In this document: positions 22,991-36,430 of the stretch, one piece after another
Layout: every line of letters starts with the position of its first letter
Numbering within the stretch: the first letter of the stretch is position 1
NCBI RefSeq assembly: GCF_018977255.1
Contig: NW_024704743.1
Location: forward strand, 23,376,001-23,440,000
Source of the DNA: Callorhinchus milii
Taxonomy: Eukaryota
Direction of reading: 5' to 3'
DNA: 64,000 nt
Made by a program: the position numbers and the translations under genes
The notes under the pieces: model-generated
Database searches by the model: none
The model's input: only the letters and a program-made list of their open reading frames with translations
What the model was told of the DNA's origin: nothing

Positions 22991-25292
22991 GCAGAAGGCA
23001 GAGAAGAGAGGGGATTGTTGACTTTGTTGGACACTAATGATGTGGTGCATGAAAATGATATCAGTATCTAATTTACAGTATTTCTGAATGAGCTTCATCA
23101 GTGAGGAATCCGAGTCGCACAAATGGACACTCTGTCTGGTAACTATAATTACTAAGGGACTGCATTGATGTGATCTATTTCGAGACTGAAGATTCAGCAG
23201 GTCAGGGGGGGGCTTTAGCCTGGATTTCGAAGATAAATAAACTGCTTCCCATTCAGAAATACCATAAATAAAACATCCCGTATCTGAATTACAGATGATG
23301 GTAGAAGTGATGAAAGAGACTTGGGGATAAAATAGGATGCAGCAGTTAAGAATGGTGAGAGATACTCTCTGGGTAAAAGATGTGGGAGTGCCAAAAGAAA
23401 TGGGTTGGAGGGGAGAGGGAATGATTTTTCTCAGTAATTAAAAACTATACATTTTGGATGAACAAATGTTTATTTCCAGCACTATAAATTTCACCAGTGG
23501 TGTTTTGTTCCCCCATCTTTTAAATATCAATGCACTTGATACTGCAAATGACATTCATTCAGTCCAGAGTGAAGAAAATACACCTGAAACTGTTAATACT
23601 ATGGCTGATTACATCAACCAGTTTCATATGTATGCCTGCATCAGTATTTATTCCTGTAATATGGCTTTCGCTGCAGGCAGTTGGCAAGCATAGAGCAGGC
23701 TTTTGCAGGGGAATCAATGCAGGATATGTGAATTTATCAAGCTCTACACTTCGTCATTGTATTGTCTTTTAGTGATAAATTACAGCTATCAAACATTTTT
23801 TAGGATGTAATGATCTCTGTCAGACTGAATGAGTTGTTTCTTTCTGCATTAGATGAAAATGTGGGGGCAGGGAGTTTTTAAAAAAAGAAGTCACAAAAAA
23901 TTAAATTAAAAAGAAGAAAATTCCAAGAAACCACCTGTTCTGTGCCAAAGCTGAATTAAATCTTGGTCTTTATTTCATAGACCGTTGTTGTTTTTACCTT
24001 TTGACAATTGAACATTTTGCTAGCCTTGAAAGTTCACCACTATCCATGTTTACAGTATGGAAGTGCAGCATGATCAAACCAGTTGAATCCTAAGTAAGGT
24101 GCTGTGCTTGTTTCCAAGAGCTGTGTAGACAAAAGGATCATTTGGATTGGGAAAAAAGAGTGTTTACTGCAGATGCTCTCGACATTTGGTGATGTATATG
24201 ATGCATTGCCAGATAACCAGGTCTGCTGTGAATTCAGATTCCACGCTAATACTTGAATCAAATATTGCAGTGGAACCAATGCACACTTAATCCATAATTT
24301 CTAATTTAATCACTTCAAATGTAGCACTTCATGTCCTCTCGCTTTTTTAAAAAAAAATCTACTGTTTTTCTTTTCCCTAAGCTATGTAGAATATCAGATG
24401 AAAAATCTTCTGGCTTCCTCTTTGAAATGCACTCAGTAACCATCCACTTTCAATGAACCACTTTCTGGTGTTTCTCCCATGTCCCCATGGAGGAAATTTT
24501 TGCTTCAGCTTTCAGTGACAGTGGTCATAATGGAGACTATATAGGCACGCAGCTTCTCGCTATCACTTAGACATAGTTCCGTGTCACCTATCTAGAATAT
24601 TCATGTTATCTTTTAAAATGGACACATCTTGGCGAGCTATATTTGCTGTCTTTTGAAGGGAAAGGGTTCATGAGATTCGCTCATTTCCATCTCTTTATGT
24701 TCCATCTCTTTAGTTTAGTGCATGCTATTAATTGGGAGGTTTAGTTCTGTATGAAAAACCTTGATCTAAATGTGGGTTTTCATCCATCTCCGTTCATGCT
24801 GTTACTGCAGTACACAGTCTGTGAATGCTGAAAATAGCTCAGGTGTCAAGCTGGAATGTCTTTTCTAAACCAGGCATGCAATGTTGTATATAAAATATAT
24901 CTCATTTACATGACTTCTACCACTGAAATGGCTCTGTTAACAATTTCTCCGTTATGGTGGGTGTTTATTGTGGTTGTACCAGCATATATATTGTGCATGC
25001 AGTTTACCTCAGTAACCAAAATAAAGCAGTGAATGCCAAATAAAATCGTTGCGTTTGGGAAATCGCCTTTCACGTTGGGAGGGTGTCTCGAAGAGTTTCA
25101 CAGGAGTTTTTCTAAAGTGTAGTGACTGTATTTTGTAGACGAACACAGCAGCTAAATTGTCCCAAAACATGAAGCGAATGACCAATTTTAATGTAACATT
25201 CATCACTTAATTTTAACATTTGTCAATAAATTGTTAACATTTGTTCATTGCTGATGGATAATGTCATTTTTGTTTAGTTTTCTTTGATTTAG

Positions 25293-25384
25293 GTTCTTCC
25301 GACTTGGAAGTATTGAAGCCCCAGAAACAAATGCGCTTTTTGAACATTACACTTTGAAAATGATGTTATTTAATGTTGGATTTC
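25293..25384 (+). other. Candidate 92-nt spliced exon of an unidentified host transcript
   Basis: Acceptor TTTTTGTTTAGTTTTCTTTGATTTAG|G, donor TTC|GTAAGC, non-repeat sequence; one frame open throughout (FFRLGSIEAPETNALFEHYTLKMMLFNVGF). No protein recognised. Confidence 0.35.
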
Positions 25385-26239
25385 GTAAGCCTATTAATGT
25401 TAACAAAAGTACCTGACTCATTATTGAAGGAGGCTCTAAAATGTTGAGGTCAGTGGGTAATTACAAGGCTACATTCAACAATAACTTGCATTTATTTGGC
25501 ATGCTTCACATTTTGGAGTGTTTTGCCTGGACGGTGAAAGGGAAGAGGAGGGAGGTAATCATAGAGATAGATTGTTAGGTGTGATTTGGATACGGTGAGA
25601 TGGGGCAAGATGGAGGGTTAGAGGGAGGATGTTTCAAATGTTGAGGTCATAATTGCTGAAGGCTTGACATTGATTGGGGAGGAACTGCCACGTGGAGGGG
25701 GCGAGCAGAACAGTAGTCAGAAAAGATCACAAAGATGACAGAGATGGGTGGGGGGGGCAGGTGGGGGTGTTGCTAAAGTATAAACAGATGAAAGGAATGC
25801 CAGGGAAGGAACTGGGGTTGCATTGCTCATAGTAAGATAAAACTCTCCATTTCTCCTATACTATCAGAACGATCCTATCACATATTTTGGTTTACATGGG
25901 ATATAATAATAATAATATACAGTCAATCCATTTTACATTATCGTTTCCCCCAAATTGAAGGAACTCAATTGACATCCGAGTTTCAACCCAATGGAACCTT
26001 TAAAATTGCAGTCTGTCCACTTTGGAAGCATTTTATGTTGTGCAGTCATGTTAGAAACGTGTAATGGTGAGAAACCTTGTTATTCTCCTGTGTGATTGTC
26101 TGGACCATTTTACATTTTTAAAGTTATTTTTAAGTGTTGATTAACTATGAAGTCTGTTACAGAGCACGCCCTTAGCATTTCCTTGGGGGTTATTTTATAA
26201 AGTACTTCAGGATTAAATGTAAAACTATTTTAGGTGAAT

Positions 26240-26880
26240 AAGCACTTAGGAACAAGAGTAGTTCACCCCTTCAATGCATGGCAACCCTTTTTAATCTAAT
26301 AATTTAATTATTAGATTGAATATTGTCCATTTACTTGCCCATCGCCCATATTCATTACTATCCCTTAACTAACCTAGTATGTATCAATGCATCTTCTGAA
26401 CACCTGGCCCACAAATATACTGTCAATTCACTTTACAGTATATTCTGTGAAGCGCTTTTAGACGTCTAGAAGCCTTGAAAAGCACTATATCAAATGCAAG
26501 GATTATTATTATTACCTCAGTTGATTCTGACCTTGTGAGACAAACCCTTAGTGTAAAAAATTGGTTTGTTGACTCTCCTTTCAACATCTTAGCTCCCATT
26601 TTAAAGTTGTGCCCTGGGTTCTCCAACTGAAGTGAAGAATCAGTCAACATGCTTCATCATTTTCAAGATCATTCTTTAAACCATCTGAACTCCAATAAAT
26701 ACAACACCGTGTTACTAAGCTTGCCATCCTCTCTCTCTCTCTCTTTCTCTCAGTCATACTGGTGAATCATTCCTGAACTTTCTTCAAGGCCAATATTCCC
26801 TTCTCTAGATGGACATCCAAAACTGAACACAATACTCAACAGGAGTTCTGATCAGTGCTCTAACTACAGGAGTGCTTCCT
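26240..26880 (-). mobile_element. Old CR1 3' fragment with a nested SINE-A 3' piece (26407-26513, +)
   Basis: TAGGAACAAGAGTAG tail, CCAAAACTGAACACAATACTC (rc of EYCVQFW); insert GCCCACAAATATAC..AAATGCAAGGA(TTA)n. Confidence 0.65.
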
Positions 26881-28883
26881 TGTTTTTATATATATATATC
26901 TACTTCTTCTCTTAACATTTTACCTTTTTTAATTAATTCCTGAGTTTAGAGTAATATGTCAAAGTCTAAAGTGCTTTTTTATGCATTTTTCCCCGTAGAT
27001 AGAGAAAAAAATCTCCAAAATAAGAAGTTAGCAAAGAAACTTCTGGAGAATTGGGCAGTAATTGATAAACTGTATGTATATTTGCAGGAATTGTCTTTGG
27101 TCATTTGCTATTGGTATATGTGAAGGATTCAGTCAAACACAGAAAGACACAAGACCATGTTGTTAGTCATTATTTACAGCCCTCACTTAAACACTCTCTT
27201 TGTGGGTTTGTTATACACACTATGTTAATTTAAGAAACTGTCTTTGGTCACTTTCGCAATGCCTTGGGAACAAGAAGTCCAGTGGTCATTTGCGTCCCTT
27301 TTTCCTTATAAGTCAGTTTTGGGGGGACTGTGCACCTGTATCATTTACTGTGTGAATTGCTGTAAAGCTGTGTAAATAGGACTCACTGGCAAACAATTAT
27401 TAATAAAGACGAATTGGTATTGAACTAATTCAGTTGACCTTGTAAACTTGTCTCTCTGTGTCATAATGATTTCAGCACATTTTAAAGATACTTTCTGCCT
27501 TCAAGTTTTCTTCAGCCAAATGAACGTGAACAGCCTGTCTAGGAAAGTACTGTAATTAATGTTCCAAAGTGACTCTCAAGTACGGGAGTGTAATGTGCAT
27601 TCCAATTAAACTGCAGAGCAGACCTCAGAAGATTAGTTTTCCAAAGGTTTTAACCTTTGTTCAATCAGCTTTCTTGCATGAACCCATGTTTACTCAAGCA
27701 AGTAGTCATAGTTTACTGTGCAAGCAGCCTAATTTCGAGTGGGGCTTACTTTGTTACACAGAGATATTTGCCCAATATCTTTGGAAATAAGTGGTTGGAT
27801 ACTTGTCCACTTATCAGAGCCCTTGTAAAAATGCAAACTTTGGGGGTACAAATGCTAGTTTGATTTATTCTTCACTGTAAGCATAGCATCGCCAACATAA
27901 TGTGAGATTCAGTGCAGTCTGTTGAAGGTATTGGGATTCAAAAACATGAATGTTGTAAATGGAGCCACACATAGCAACTCCAGTGGCAACGAGGGCTCAG
28001 TCTTCCCAACTCTCAGGAACACCACAAAACAGGATGGGTTGAATGGCCTTCTTCTGTGCTGTAAATTTCTGTGGTTCTTTCTGTTGGATCTGCTTCTCCA
28101 ATAGCATTCCTGCAAGTCATATTGACATACTTGCGGCTATTGGCACTCGTGGTCATAGTTGCTATTTATCCTTTACAACTGTCACATTTTAGACTCCGAT
28201 ATGGAAATGGGAAAGATGATTTTTTTTAGAATTATCAGAACAGTAGCCACATTGGACATTACATTATACATTAAACTTTTTTAGGTACAATATTGCGTGG
28301 AAAATATTTTTATTGCCAGCAGTCACTGAAAGTAATTCATGATAAAACTCAGGCCCTTTTGAATGGATGTTCTGAAAAATCAGATGTTGCAATTTGATTT
28401 TTAAATGGCTTAGTTATGGATAGCCAGGACAGAGCTTTATTTTGCTGTGCACAACTCTTCCTCTGTATGTGCTCCTAAAGCCACAGTATTAAAAAAAATT
28501 CCTTGCATTATGTTTTTTTGATGCCACTGCCTTTATTTTATAAACTTTCTCCCAGTTGTGTGGTGCTTTTGTATCATCAAGTAGCTGTTCTTCAAGGGCT
28601 GAAGACATTTGTGTTTGGAAGTGGTGCAAATTCTTAAGCTTATATTGACTTTTTCTAGGTTTTGAAATTCTTGAGTTGTATTTTGGCATCAGACTGTAAA
28701 TATTTAATACAATTTTGAGTGCAACTGCAGCTGGCCCTGTGTCAGTTCTCAATCCCAAAGGCTACAATGACTGCTCGACTTGTTTATTGTTAAACTTTCT
28801 AAAGCCAGGATTAGCTTCCCGTGGTTGAGGTAATGTCTCATTTCTTATGGCATAATGGAGTCTAATTTACAGGCATCATAATT

Positions 28884-29015
28884 GCACTGCTGTGCGCAAT
28901 TGGCTGCCGTGTTTCACTGACAAAATACACAGTCACTACACTTTACAGTAGTATAGACCTCTCGAAGACGTGATAAGATGCTATATCAAATGCAAAGATT
29001 ATTATCATTATTATT
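28884..29015 (+). mobile_element. SINE family A 3' fragment
   Basis: CACTGCTGTGCGCAATTGGCTGCCG..GCTATATCAAATGCAAAGATTATT. Confidence 0.85.
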
Positions 29016-30354
29016 AAGGAAAGCTAATACGGCAGGTTCTTTTGAGTCAAGACCTTCTTGCTGATCTGTTTCTCTATTTATTTACAAATCTTTATTTTCA
29101 CACTGAGTTACACTCAAAAAACTACCATCATCAAGCAAAGCCAGGACTTTTAAGTGCCTTGGGATGTCTTCCCTGCTTGAAAGGTGCTATAAATTGTAAA
29201 TTTGTATTCTATAATACTAAGTGCAAATTCACTCCCCTTTTTATGCTGTACTCATGTGTCGATCAAGTACCTTAACTTTACCTATTTTCACACTTGTGCC
29301 AATCAAGTGCTTTAATCACACCTATTTCCACAGAGGTTAACGGGATGTGTTTCGGGTCAATGCTCCAGAACACCGATCTGCACTGAGCACTTACTTTGGC
29401 TGCAGTCTGACTATAACGAAATCTGAATTGAGTCTGGCAATCCCTCAGATTAAATTACATTCTCAACTCTTCTGTATTACTGCCTTGTAACACAGGGGAA
29501 ACCGATATTGTGTAAAACTAGGGGGTTAATGTTCCATTCTCCTCACCAAGCCTTTAAACAGTTTTCATTCACAGTAACTCAGGCCTACACAGCATTGGAT
29601 GTGTTACCTGTCTTTTCTAAGATCTCTTTCAGCATTCTCTTGAGAGAATCTGACTGATGGTTGTGTGTCACTGAACATTTGGTTGAAGGTTGTTCAAAGA
29701 TATGCAACTACTCGGGTGAAGGAATTTTCTGCAGAAGTTCATACTTTAACCGTACCTGAGATCATTCCTGAGTGAGTGAGAAAATGTGTGTGTGAGTTTC
29801 GAATACTCATTATTCCCTCCTCCCATTTTCAATTTTATCTACTTTTTAAAAAAATATTGCTACAAAATGTTGGTAGGTATAGCATTTTGCATTATTTATA
29901 ATTGTAATTTGCTGTAATAATTTTAAGTTCAATTAGGTTTACACTTGAGTGCTTATAATTAAACCTTATCTCAATCTGTCTTCTTCATAGGAAATGAGCT
30001 TTGTCTCCGTTGCTGTTCACCTTTTTAAAAAAAAATGAGGTGAAATATGAGATAACTAATAAGCTCTTGCTGTAGGCTGTGATTAATTTATTAATTTAGC
30101 TGCATTTCATTTCACTGAAGTAAAGAAAATCTATTTGTGCAGATGTTTGAATGTAACGCAAGAAAAACTCTCAACAGAATAACTGTCTCTTATTGCAAGA
30201 CCACAGAGCGAGGATTTATTGAGTAAATTTGCTTCAGGATTCCACAATTTACTCGGTAACCGTGTCCTGCTTTCTCCACAGCAGTACCTTCCCTACAGCA
30301 GTACCTTTCCTTTACACATGGCATATTTATTGATTTATATGCATGTGCATATTC

Positions 30355-30492
30355 ATAATAATAATAATCCTTGCATTCGATGTAACGCCTTATCACGTCT
30401 TTGAGACATCTCAAAACATTTCACAGAATATACTGTAAAGTGCATTGACTATATTTTGTGGGCGAAACATGACAGCCAATTGCACACACAAT
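30355..30492 (-). mobile_element. SINE family A 3' fragment (another short piece at ~30728-30800, +)
   Basis: (TAA)n TCCTTGCATT..CAGCCAATTGCACACA. Confidence 0.8.
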
Positions 30493-31214
30493 ATCTTTTT
30501 TCGAGATACCCCAATGTTGCTTTTTTACTGCTTGGCTTTGTGCTTGCCTGTCTGCTGCACACTAAAGCATTGTTCGGTCAGGAGATAGCCTCATATTTCT
30601 GCTGCTAATATGACTATTGGTGAGCATACTGTTCTGCCAACTTTCTTTCCACCTCCCCAATTCACAGTGCTGAGTTTAGCAGCTATTGAATAAATTTGAA
30701 GAGAAAAGCAGAGACCTGTGAGACTTCCCACAAAATATACAGTCATGCGATTTGAGATGTCTTGAAGACGTGATAAAGCGCGATATCAAAATGCAAGGAT
30801 ACAAGAGCACAAGCAACGTTCATCATTTGTACTCCAAAATTCTGCGCAATATATAAGATAAATTTCAGGCATCAGATTTTCAGAATGTTCCATTCCATAT
30901 TATCTCAAATGTGCCACTTTGGCAGGTGATAGCATGGGCTGTAAGATTGCTACTTGGTTTGATCACACTTGGTCAGATAATACTCAGTATCTGTCCCATC
31001 CTAATTGGTTGCTGCTGTTGATTTAAAGGCTAATGCACTGGCAGTCTCAAACATAAAACCAGATAATTATAATGGGATGTTGATTCATTGAAGTTGCTGT
31101 CTCTCTGTTTATGGCAACGACACTGTTTTGCTAGTTAGGCTGTAAAGATCTGCTAACTCAGCAGGAAGTCAGAAGGGAATTCATGGTGTTTTGTTAATGC
31201 GTATTAGAACTCTA

Positions 31215-32184
31215 CCTTTCCTCCTCTACCCTCAACTCCACGACCACCTGACAGCCTGCCTGTCCGACATCGAGTCCTGGACGAGAGACAACTTTCTTCA
31301 GCTCAACGTGCGTAAAACTGAGGCCCTCCTGATTGGCTCACGTCAGCGCCTCCGCACATCAGGCGCTGACAGCATCAGCATCCAAGGCTGCACTCTCCAC
31401 CTCTCAAAACCACTCAGGAACCTCGGTGTTCTGTTCGACCCTGAGCTGTCCTTTCTCCCTCATATCTGCGCCACAACTGGCACCGCCTTCCATCACCTCC
31501 GGAATATCGCCAGACTATGGCACTACCTCACCCCTCACGCTGCTGAAACTCTGGTCCACGCCTTGATCACCTCAAGGCTGGACTATGGGAACTCTCTCCT
31601 CGCCGGCCTTCCCGCCACCTCCCTCCACAAGCTGCAGGTCATTCAGAACTCTGCATCTCGTGTACTGTCCCGCACCAGGCTTCGCGACCACATCACTCCC
31701 ACCCTCGCTCGCCTCCACTGGCTCCCCATCCCCCAGAGGATCGAATTCAAGATCTTCATCCTCACCTACAAGGCCATTCACGGCCTTGCTCCCTCCTACC
31801 TCTCTGACCTACTATCCCCCTACTTACCTGCCCGTACCCTCCGTTCCTCTGGCTCCGGTCTGCTCCACATCCCACGCCCCAACTGCCCTACCATCGGTGG
31901 CCGGGCCTTCAGCCTCTCATCCCCCAGGCTCTGGAACTCCATCCCCCAGTGCCTTCGCCGCCTCCTCCCTTTCCTCCTTCAAGGCCGGTCTCAAGACCTT
32001 TCTCTTTGACCGTGCCTTCAGCTCCCCTCTCGACTCTCTACCCCCTTCTCGCTCCCTCTCTTCCCTCCCCTCACCCAGACCATTTCCCCCCTGCTTGGGT
32101 CCTGACCCAACTGTACAGCGTCTTGGGACGTCTTCCCGACGTGAAAGGCGCTCTATAAATACAATCTTGTTGTTGTTGTTGTTT
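31215..32184 (+). mobile_element. L2 type A, 5'-truncated, well preserved (C-terminal ORF2 open ~260 codons)
   Basis: ORF 31191-32009: [74 protein letters not shown]; intact tail and (TTG)n. Confidence 0.96.
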
Positions 32185-33534
32185 TAATGGACACAGAACT
32201 TGATATGTTACATGCAGGATGTAGGCATGCAGCACATGGGTGTGTCGAATAAGGCCTGTCATCCTTAGGCAGCAAGGAGACAGGATTTAACCCTGCTGCT
32301 ATTCTCCACATACTGCTGAAGGCCTGGCATCATAAATAAAGATCATAAATGTGATGTTTGAACAACTATATCTTGAACTTAGTATAATAAGTTTTACAAC
32401 ATTTTTTTATTATGGTAGGAATCTCAATGTCAGGTACCTGTGAGACCCCCACCAATAACCTCCTGCCCCGGTCCATGTGGTTTGGGTAGTGAACAGGTGC
32501 TGGATGTCTGCAGCTAAAGTTGACATTTACCCTGGAACCAGTGTTCATTAAAAAATTGTTGTGATGCAGTCAAAAACTATTCCCCCTCACCGTCATTGCC
32601 CTTACTAACATGATTCATCCACCCCATCATGAAATGCCAGGTGAAGTGTGTGCACACTTTGTGATATTATTTTTGGACAATATTAGGTTTTATTCTACCA
32701 ATTCCTTGAAGGGCAATCAATCAATTTGCAGTTCATTGAACTCAATGGCTGAGCAATCCTTCCCAATGAGGTGTCAATTTGGAATAAACCGTATCTGGCT
32801 TGAGAAGATTGAATGAGCCCTTACAAGATATGCACAGCTTTCTCCAATTTCAACATTGCTCTTTGCAAGGTCCTGTTTTTTTCCCATTTTTTGTTCATGG
32901 CAGCGCAATCTAAATCATCAAGTTGTTTAAGGATGTGGTGCTATTCAGTTGGCCTTTTCAAAAAGCTCTTTATCAAGTCACAGCTAGAGATCCCATCTCA
33001 AATTCAACATCACAAACTGCAGTTGCTGCTGATCACCTAAGCTTGTCATTCCTTCAAACAAATGTAGTCGCTGCAGTCTACAATATTTGATATCTCTTCA
33101 CAGCTTATAGATTTAATAAGAAAATGACTGGAATAGAATATCGATGCCAGATGATTCCTCTATGAGTACATGGATAGCACAGACAGCAGAGAGAAAAGTA
33201 TTACGAAATTTTTGGGTTGAATCTAAATGATGGGGGACTTTCCAGACCCGTTAATTTAACATCATCTCATAAGAAAGCTGAACAGGCAAAGTGGCATTAT
33301 TAAATCGAGGCATACTTCTATCACTTCTTCCCATAATACCTAGGTGAGTCATTCTTAAGTGTATCTGCATCCCTATCTTAAGGACCTCAAGGATGTAGCA
33401 TGCTTGCATTCCATTGGTATATGTGCTGAGGGCAGGGAGTTATTGAATTACACCAATCAAAATTTCACCCACAAAATACACCATCAATCCACTTTACAGT
33501 ATATTCTGAGAATTGCTTTGAGTTGCCTTAATGT

Positions 33535-34245
33535 ATAACAACAACTTGCATTTTTATAGCGCCCTCCATACCGGACGGCATCCCAGGGCGCTTAGCAATG
33601 GTGGAGCCCGATGCTAAGCCAGGGGGAGACGGAAGAGGAAGGTCTTCAGGCACAACCTGAAAACAGGGAAAGAGGGGGCAAGGCAAAGGGATTGAGGGAG
33701 GGAGTTCCATAGTTTTGAGGTGTAGTGGCTGAAGGCACAGCCACCGATGGTGGAACGGACGATTCAAGGGACAAGGAGAAGGCTGGGGCCAGTAGAGTGG
33801 AGGCAACGGGTAGTGCTGTGAGGAGAGAGGAGGTTGGAGAGATACGGTCGTGCCTGCCAAGGCGTGGAGGGATTCAAATACCAGAGTGAAGATCTTGAAG
33901 TTGATCCGCTCTGTGACAGGGAGCCAGTGGAGTTTGGGAACGACTGGGGTAATCGGGGTACGAAGTTTAGTGCGGGTGAGAATGCAGGTGGCAGAGTTTT
34001 GGATAAGTTGAGTTTTGTGAATAGTGAAGGAGGGGAGACCGGCGAGGAGGGCAGCTGAGTAGTCCAGCCAAGAGATGACGAGGGCGTGGATAAGAGTTTC
34101 GGCAGCTTGGAGAGTGAGGTATTGTCGGAGACGGGCAATGTGGCGGAGATGGAGGAAAGCGGTCCTGGCCGGGGACCGGATATGGGGGATGAAGGATAAC
34201 TGGGTTTGAAGCTGACGCCTACGTTGGCACGGGTTCAGAGAGTTA
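33535..34245 (-). mobile_element. L2 type B, 5'-truncated
   Basis: Tail rc ACAACAACTTGCATTTTTATAGCGCCCTCCATACC; L2 C-terminal region. Confidence 0.9.
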
Positions 34246-34419
34246 AGGCACTATTACAAGGTGCTATATCAAATGCAAGGATTATTATTAAAGGAATAAG
34301 TTGAGGTAACTGTGTCAAATGCTAACTAGCTATGCAATGTGCCCATCATTGATTAGTTTAATGTGAAGGTTCTTGTCTTATGGAGGTCATGAAGAAACTT
34401 TTACATTTCATCATATCAA

Positions 34420-34975
34420 CAATAACTTGCATCTGGTATAGCGAGACGCGAGGAGGATGTGAATTACAGGATTTACTGTAAAATGTAGTGACTGTATTTT
34501 GTGGCAGCCAATATACAACTTCCCACAAAAAACTTGAAATGAATGACCAATTTTATTTGGGGGATTATTGGCCAGGGCTCCGGGAGAAACTCCCTTCTCT
34601 TTTCGAATAGTTCCATGGGATCTTTTAACTTCCACCGAAACAGGAAGATGTGACCTCAAAGGCCAGTACCTCTGTCAATACAGAACTCCCCCCACTGATG
34701 CACTGGACAGTGAGCTGAAACAAACTCGCAACTTTCTGACTCTGAGGTGAGAGTGCTGAATAGTTTTGTGAATAGTGAAGGAGGGGAGACCGGCGAGGAG
34801 GGCAGCTGAGTAGTCCAGCCAAGAGATGACGAGGGCGTGGATAAGAGTTTCGGCAGCTTGGAGAGTGAGGTATTGTCGGAGACGGGCAATGTGGCGGAGA
34901 TGGAGGAAAGCGGTCCTGGCCGGGGACCGGATATGGGGGATGAAGGATAACTGGGTTTGAAAAAAACTGAGCCAG
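34420..34975 (-). mobile_element. SINE family B with its head interrupted by a 200-bp insertion
   Basis: Body CCATGGGATCTTTTAAC; head TGACTCTGAGGTGAGAGTGCT[insert]AACTGAGCCA. Confidence 0.8.
34762..34961 (+). repeat. Exact 200-bp direct duplicate of 34011-34210 (internal L2 segment)
   Basis: Identical by eye from AGTTTTGTGAATAG to CTGGGTTTGAA. Confidence 0.93.
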
Positions 34976-35894
34976 TCAGATACATAGGTCTGGAAAACTC
35001 ATAAGTTATGTTCAAAGACTGTAAAAGTGTGCCTGATGAGCAGTGTTTGACACAGTCACCGCAGAAAAGCATACCCTATTGGCTTGTAACTTATACAGTT
35101 AATGAGGAAAAAGATTCCCTGAAGGAACTAAAAGGCATTCTGGGTGCGTAGCAGTCATTATGTATACCACTTCCAAACATTGATGGTTGAAGGATGATGA
35201 GTAACTCTCACTGTGCTCAGTGAACGTTGCTGTTCGGCTTAGCTGTAAAGCAGCACATATTGCTTGACAGCACTGTTACATTCTTTGGCTTGAATTACGA
35301 ACGGATAGGTCCGCCCATCTCCTTTCCCACCGCCCCCTGTAAAGTGGGCACTAATTTGGAAAATAAATTACACATTCTTTGTGGAGGCTAATGGATGAGA
35401 AGAAAATTAGAAGTAAACAAAACCGTCAATGTTTTCTTTGTTTTAATTAGATTATGACCAGTTCAACAGTAATTCATGCAGTCAACTCTGTCTCCTCTGC
35501 ACTCTCATAAATGCACAGTGAACGGAACTTGCTGTTTGACAACAAATTGTTCGTTCCTTCCATAAATGAAAAGTAAAAATATTTGGAAAATGTTGCATGT
35601 CATTCATTTATAATAGTACCTTGTTTGAAAATAGGTGGAAAAATATTTTTAAAAATTCAAATCATAGTATTCCTGCCAATGTTTGAAGATGACACTAAAT
35701 TAGTTGTGGTCAGTTGTGTTACAGCTAAAGATAATAAATAATAAATAATTCCTCGGTTGGATTCTCTGAATTCTTCTCTTCCATATGCATTGTCAATCCT
35801 TTTCTCTACTGCATTCTGTCAATCAGGCTGCACCTATCTCTTCACAGCACTGAAGGCAAATGATTATCACCATCTGTTTACACACATCGATTTC

Positions 35895-36430
35895 CATAGA
35901 CCGTACAGCATGGAAACAGGCCATTGGGCCCCAGCAGTTCATGCCAGTGTTTATATTCCATTCCTTATTCCCTCACCCTTCTATTCCATTTTCCCCTCTC
36001 TCTCATGTGTATATCTAGCTTCCTCTTAAATGCATCATTACTATCTGCTTCAATTTCTGCTTTGGCCAATGTGTCCGCATTCTCTTTATCCTCTGTGTGA
36101 AGAACTTGCTCCTAATTTCTCGTTTGGATCCCCAAGTCGCTACCTTCTATTTGTCCCCTGGTTACGGACTCCGCAACCAGTAGGAAGAACCTTTTAATAC
36201 TAACCTTATCATTCCCTTTTGTAACTTTGAACATGTCCCATCTTAAATATCTCTTATCTAGTGAAAGGAGGCCCATCCTATCCAGTCTATCCTGATAGCA
36301 GATCCTGCCAGTCCTGGTTTCCTAGTAAATCTAGCTGTATCTTTCTATATCTTTCGGGTAGTTTGGCAACCAGAATGGGACACAGAACTCCAACTGTGAC
36401 CTGCCTCAGTTATCCAGTACTCCAATTGTT
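35895..36430 (-). mobile_element. Old CR1 3' fragment
   Basis: CATAGACCGTACAGCATGGAAACAGGCCATT tail; CTCTGTGTGAAGAACTT and ACACAGAACTCCAACTGTG motifs. Confidence 0.7.
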
